Part shown: piece by piece, positions 16,947-20,000 of the stretch | Numbering within the stretch: position 1 is the stretch's first letter | Layout of the letters: each line of letters starts with the position of its first letter | Virus record (IMG/VR): IMGVR_UViG_3300043774_000645 | DNA from: an uncultured virus (IMG/VR IMGVR_UViG_3300043774_000645) | Taxonomy: Duplodnaviria; Heunggongvirae; Uroviricota; Caudoviricetes | Strand: one strand, 5' to 3' | DNA length: 20,000 bases | The notes under the pieces: generated by a model | Told to the model about the DNA's origin: nothing | Database searches by the model: none | The model's input: the letters and a program-made list of their open reading frames with translations, nothing else | Position numbers and translations under genes: made by a program

Positions 16947-17007
16947 AAATGTTTTGTTTAAGGTTAGAGCTTTGTCTTTTTTAATTTAATACCTTAAGTA
17001 TTAAAAA

Positions 17008-18870
17008 TTAAATTAAGTCTCCAACAATTGTAAACGAGTTAGATGCAACACATATAATTGTTGCTGAAGAGTAGCGTGATCTTATTTTTGGAGCAGTTGA
17101 TGTTCCACCTGCTGATGTAATTGTTACACCTGCACCTTGTGCAAAAGTAACTTGTCCTGTTCCAATTGCTTGAACGTTAATTTGATCTCCCGTTGCAAAA
17201 ACAGAAGGTGGAACGGTTACAGTTATTGCTGAGCTATTATCCATAGTTACCCACTTGCTTGAAGCATCTGCAACATCTAAAGTATATGATGTTCCAGTCT
17301 CAGCCTTCATAGCAAGTTGCAATCTTGGTGCTGCAATTGTTTTATTTGAAAGAGTTTGTGATGTTGAAAGATCTACAGTTGTACCAGTATCAATACTAAA
17401 TGTTGATCCTGTTAGTGTTAATCCAGTACCTGCTGCAAAAGTGCCTGCACCAGAGAACTGAGTAAATGATATTGCGTCTGTTCCTACAGTTCCAACAGTT
17501 TCTGTTTGTACATATCCTGTGTTATCATTTACAGTTCCACCAGTTACAAATACAAAGTCTCCTCCATTAATTTCTGCAGGAGCGTCAAAATCTGTTGCTC
17601 TGGCTGGAGCACCTGATGAAGCAACTACATAAATACCATTTTCAGATGTTGTTGTTTGATTTTTAACAAGAATACGATTTCCTGTAGCAAGAGTAACTCC
17701 GTCAAGTACGTCGCCATTTTCTAGAGCAGTTGCCAATGTTACGTTAGCAGTTGTTGCTGCTACTACTGAAGCGTGAATATGAAGTCCTTGTGAAACACTA
17801 TCTACATAAGCTTTAGTCGCTGCGTGTAGATCAGAGCTAGGTGCACCTGATAGTGTAATCGCTCCTGTCATTGTTCCGCCAGAAAGATTTAACTTTCCGT
17901 CTACGGTACCACTAAGAGTTGAAACAGTTGAAGCTGATGCTTTATCATTTAACTGTGTCTGAATGGCAGAAGTTACTCCATTAAGATATCCAATTTCTGT
18001 ATCATCTACATCTGCAACTCTAAGTTGAACAGTACCTGTAGCATCTGGAAGTGTGATTGTGCGGTCTGCTGTTGGATCGGTTACTGCAAGTGTTGTTTCA
18101 AAGTCATTTGCAGTTGCGCCTTCAAAAAGAATGCTTGACTCAAAAACTCCTACTGCTGCTGGTGCTGCCCACTCAATTCCGTTTGTTGCTCCAGAATTTG
18201 CTGTAAGAACGTGTCCGTTTGTTCCAACGGAAAGTTTTGCTGGAGTATTGTCTGAAGCTCCAACAATAAGATCTCCCTTTGCATCATACTGGGTTTTGTC
18301 TGTTTTGTTATCTATGAAACCTTGAAGTGTAGTTACTTCACCATTAACATAACTTTGTGTTGCAAGAGTTCCTGAAGAATTTGGCAAGGTAAGTGTGCGG
18401 TCTTCTGTTGGGTCGGTTAATGTAAGGGTTGTCTCAAAAGCATCTGCTGTTGCGCCTTCAAAAACAATTCCTGTCGTAGCATTAATTGTTGTACTGTTAA
18501 TAGTAGTAGTTGTACCGCTTACTGTTAAGTCTCCTGATACTGTAACATTTCCACTACTGTCAGCCAAAACGACTGTTCCTGTGGCATCTGGCAAAGTAAT
18601 AGTTCTATCTGCTGTAGGATCAGTTACCGCAAGAGTAGTCTCATAGTTATTTGCAGTTGCGCCTTCAAATGTAATGCTTGAACCAAATGATGGATTTGCT
18701 GTTGAATTAGAGTCAATAAAATAGTCAACATCAGCCCAATGATTTGTTCCATCACCAATTTTAAATTTGTTTGTGTCTGATTCCCAGCCAATTTCTCCTG
18801 CATTTAAAATTGGATTTGCAGTTGTCCACTGTGAAGCAGTACCTCTGCGCTGTTGCATTCTAGTTGCCAT
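17008..18870 (-). CDS. Tail fibre protein with Mtd_N/hyaluronidase-N-like attachment domain and internal repeats
   Basis: MQQRRGTASQWTTANPILNAGEIGWESDTNKFKIGDG N-terminus; Thr/Gly/Ala-rich; three FEGAT..ETTL..TDPT.DRT.TLP repeats; HAATKAYVD; RILVKNQ..SENGIY; SD AAGGAG. Confidence 0.82.
   Translation of the reverse strand: MATRMQQRRGTASQWTTANPILNAGEIGWESDTNKFKIGDGTNHWADVDYFIDSNSTANPSFGSSITFEGATANNYETTLAVTDPTADRTITLPDATGTVVLADSSGNVTVSGDLTVSGTTTTINSTTINATTGIVFEGATADAFETTLTLTDPTEDRTLTLPNSSGTLATQSYVNGEVTTLQGFIDNKTDKTQYDAKGDLIVGASDNTPAKLSVGTNGHVLTANSGATNGIEWAAPAAVGVFESSILFEGATANDFETTLAVTDPTADRTITLPDATGTVQLRVADVDDTEIGYLNGVTSAIQTQLNDKASASTVSTLSGTVDGKLNLSGGTMTGAITLSGAPSSDLHAATKAYVDSVSQGLHIHASVVAATTANVTLATALENGDVLDGVTLATGNRILVKNQTTTSENGIYVVASSGAPARATDFDAPAEINGGDFVFVTGGTVNDNTGYVQTETVGTVGTDAISFTQFSGAGTFAAGTGLTLTGSTFSIDTGTTVDLSTSQTLSNKTIAAPRLQLAMKAETGTSYTLDVADASSKWVTMDNSSAITVTVPPSVFATGDQINVQAIGTGQVTFAQGAGVTITSAGGTSTAPKIRSRYSSATIICVASNSFTIVGDLI
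18030..18680 (-). repeat. Three dispersed ~35-codon repeats in the tail fibre
   Basis: Copies at about 18572-18680, 18366-18471 and 18030-18137: ITFEGATANNYETTLAVTDPTADRTITLPDATGTV / IVFEGATADAFETTLTLTDPTEDRTLTLPNSSGTL / ILFEGATANDFETTLAVTDPTADRTITLPDATGTV. Confidence 0.9.
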
Positions 18871-18893
18871 TTTTACTCCTTTGTGTCATGTAT

Positions 18894-18902
18894 ATTATAC
18901 CA
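18894..18902 (-). promoter_or_regulatory. Extended -10 promoter TGGTATAAT for tail fibre
   Basis: Perfect TGnTATAAT, short leader with AAGGAG (18876-18881). Confidence 0.75.
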
Positions 18903-18913
18903 TTATTTATAAA

Positions 18914-19480
18914 TTATGCAGCAACAAGTCCTGCATTAAATACTCCTTCAAACTCTTCTGTAAAGTAAAATCCACCGCTTATTAGATTTCCTTCTTGATT
19001 AAAAGATCCACCATCAACAAAAAGATTAAACACATCTATTGCCTGTCCTCCGTCAAATGTTTCAGAAAAGTCTGACGTGTTATAGAAGCCTCCAGTAATA
19101 AGTCTTCCAACTTCATTGTAAAATCCACCATCTACAAACGTTCCGACTATCAAGCCGCTACCTTCAATAGATGTATCATGAATATGATCTTGTAATGTTT
19201 CAGCATCACTTAATGTTGCAATAGAAAGCCATTCTCCATCATAATATACATGAATATGCTCTGTTACTGTATCAAACCATAAATCTCCATTATCTGGAGA
19301 AGTTGGTGAGGTTGCATTAACTGGAATTTGTGGTGAGCCAATTGCTGTATCTACATATAGTTTAGTTGCTGCATGAGTATTTTCAGTAGGAGTGGCAACT
19401 GTAACAGTTCCACCAAAAGTACCGCCTTGAGCTACATTTATCCCATGCTTTACTTTAAAGTCTCTATTAGTTGTTGTCAC
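18914..19480 (-). CDS. Small fibre-associated/adaptor-like virion protein with C-terminal 39-aa tandem repeat
   Basis: GTG start with SD AGGAG (19487-19491); DFKVKHG, HAATKLYVD, PTSPDNGDLWFDT..IHVYYDGEW (fibre module); two FVDGG...GGFY...F[DN][GA]G units. Confidence 0.65.
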   Translation of the reverse strand: MTTTNRDFKVKHGINVAQGGTFGGTVTVATPTENTHAATKLYVDTAIGSPQIPVNATSPTSPDNGDLWFDTVTEHIHVYYDGEWLSIATLSDAETLQDHIHDTSIEGSGLIVGTFVDGGFYNEVGRLITGGFYNTSDFSETFDGGQAIDVFNLFVDGGSFNQEGNLISGGFYFTEEFEGVFNAGLVAA

Positions 19481-19499
19481 AGTTGACTCCTCTTTTTAA

Positions 19500-20000
19500 T
19501 TATGCTTCAATGTAGGTCTTGCTTACCTTAACAGAAGTATCGTTAGCAGCAGCAGTAACCTGAAGAACAACATTGCCACCTGAATAAACAGCATCTGTTG
19601 TTCCAAGACTTACGTTGCTAATAATATTAGCATATTCTGTTAAGTAAACATTGTTGTTTGCATCAACAGTTACTAGAACTTCAAGAACCTCAATGTCGTC
19701 ACCCTTTTTCATTTGCACAATATACTTTGCAGATGAATAAGTTGCTACTGCCCATGCATCAACATTTGTTGTTGAAGTTCCAGCAGTTGCTAGATTAGAA
19801 CCAATAAGAGCATCTGGAAGAGCAATGCTTGTCGCTGCTGCTGCACCAAGAGTTGGTGTAACAAAAGTTGGGCTAGTAGTAAATGCTACTGTTCCAGATC
19901 CTGCTTCATCAGTAAGTGCTGCTGCAAGGTTTGCAGAAGATGGTGTTGCAAGGAATGTGGCTACGCCAGTTCCAAGACCAGAAACATCGTTTGCAATTCG
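19500..20000 (-). CDS. Tail-fibre-like virion protein, partial (5' end outside window)
   Basis: Frame stays open upstream of the ORF-track start to the window edge: RIANDVSGLGTGVATFLATPSSANLAAALTDEAGSGTVAFTTSPTFVTPTLGAA...DAWAVATYSSAKYIVQMKKG...TEYA...YIEA*. Confidence 0.75.
   Translation of the reverse strand, partial: RIANDVSGLGTGVATFLATPSSANLAAALTDEAGSGTVAFTTSPTFVTPTLGAAAATSIALPDALIGSNLATAGTSTTNVDAWAVATYSSAKYIVQMKKGDDIEVLEVLVTVDANNNVYLTEYANIISNVSLGTTDAVYSGGNVVLQVTAAANDTSVKVSKTYIEA

Noticed and set aside
16985..17005. AT-rich hairpin TTTAATAC-N5-GTATTAAA right after the fibre stop codon
   Set aside because: Weak stem with no U-tract on the coding strand; a better terminator lies at 16915-16946.
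16842..17007. Cobalamin riboswitch or NrdR boxes upstream of nrdJ
   Set aside because: The region is very AT-rich and is explained by a terminator, promoter and short leader; the ACACG/CGTGT inverted repeat is the terminator stem; no B12-box seen.
17008..18870. Diversity-generating retroelement suggested by the Mtd_N domain and repeats
   Set aside because: No reverse transcriptase in the window; the repeats are in-frame coding copies whose differences are not adenine-specific, and there is no C-terminal VR/TR pair.
1..20000. CRISPR arrays, tRNA/rRNA genes, introns/inteins, transposases
   Set aside because: None seen; spacers are too short for such elements, and NrdJ, portal and capsid have normal lengths with no intein motifs.

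Overview
The window is part of an AT-rich tailed-phage (siphovirus-like, HK97-fold) genome, and all credible genes are on the minus strand. Read in transcription direction (20000->1): partial tail-fibre-like gene, a small fibre/adaptor protein with a C-terminal tandem repeat, an Mtd_N-type tail fibre, a class II (B12-dependent) monomeric ribonucleotide reductase, a 1229-aa LamG-like virion protein, a 131-aa hypothetical, portal, a flavin-dependent (tryptophan-halogenase-like) enzyme inserted in the head module, prohead protease-scaffold, major capsid protein, an 81-aa paralogue of the capsid N-terminal arm, a Rho-N/HeH protein, four neck/head-tail genes, major tail tube protein, and two paralogous putative tail assembly chaperones. 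Nine intergenic extended -10 promoters (TGnTAnAAT/TGnTATACT) and three intrinsic terminators are visible. A freshwater low-GC actinobacterial host is plausible but is inference only. Main unexplained signals: (1) a free-standing duplicate of the capsid N-arm; (2) a G/GT-like chaperone pair apparently made by gene duplication rather than frameshifting; (3) an internal RBS and candidate promoter giving a nested scaffold; (4) leaderless versus strong-SD starts that appear to track low versus high copy-number assembly proteins; (5) a GFY-x(8)-GG peptide motif shared by two otherwise dissimilar virion proteins. Functional calls come from motif recognition and synteny; no searches were run.
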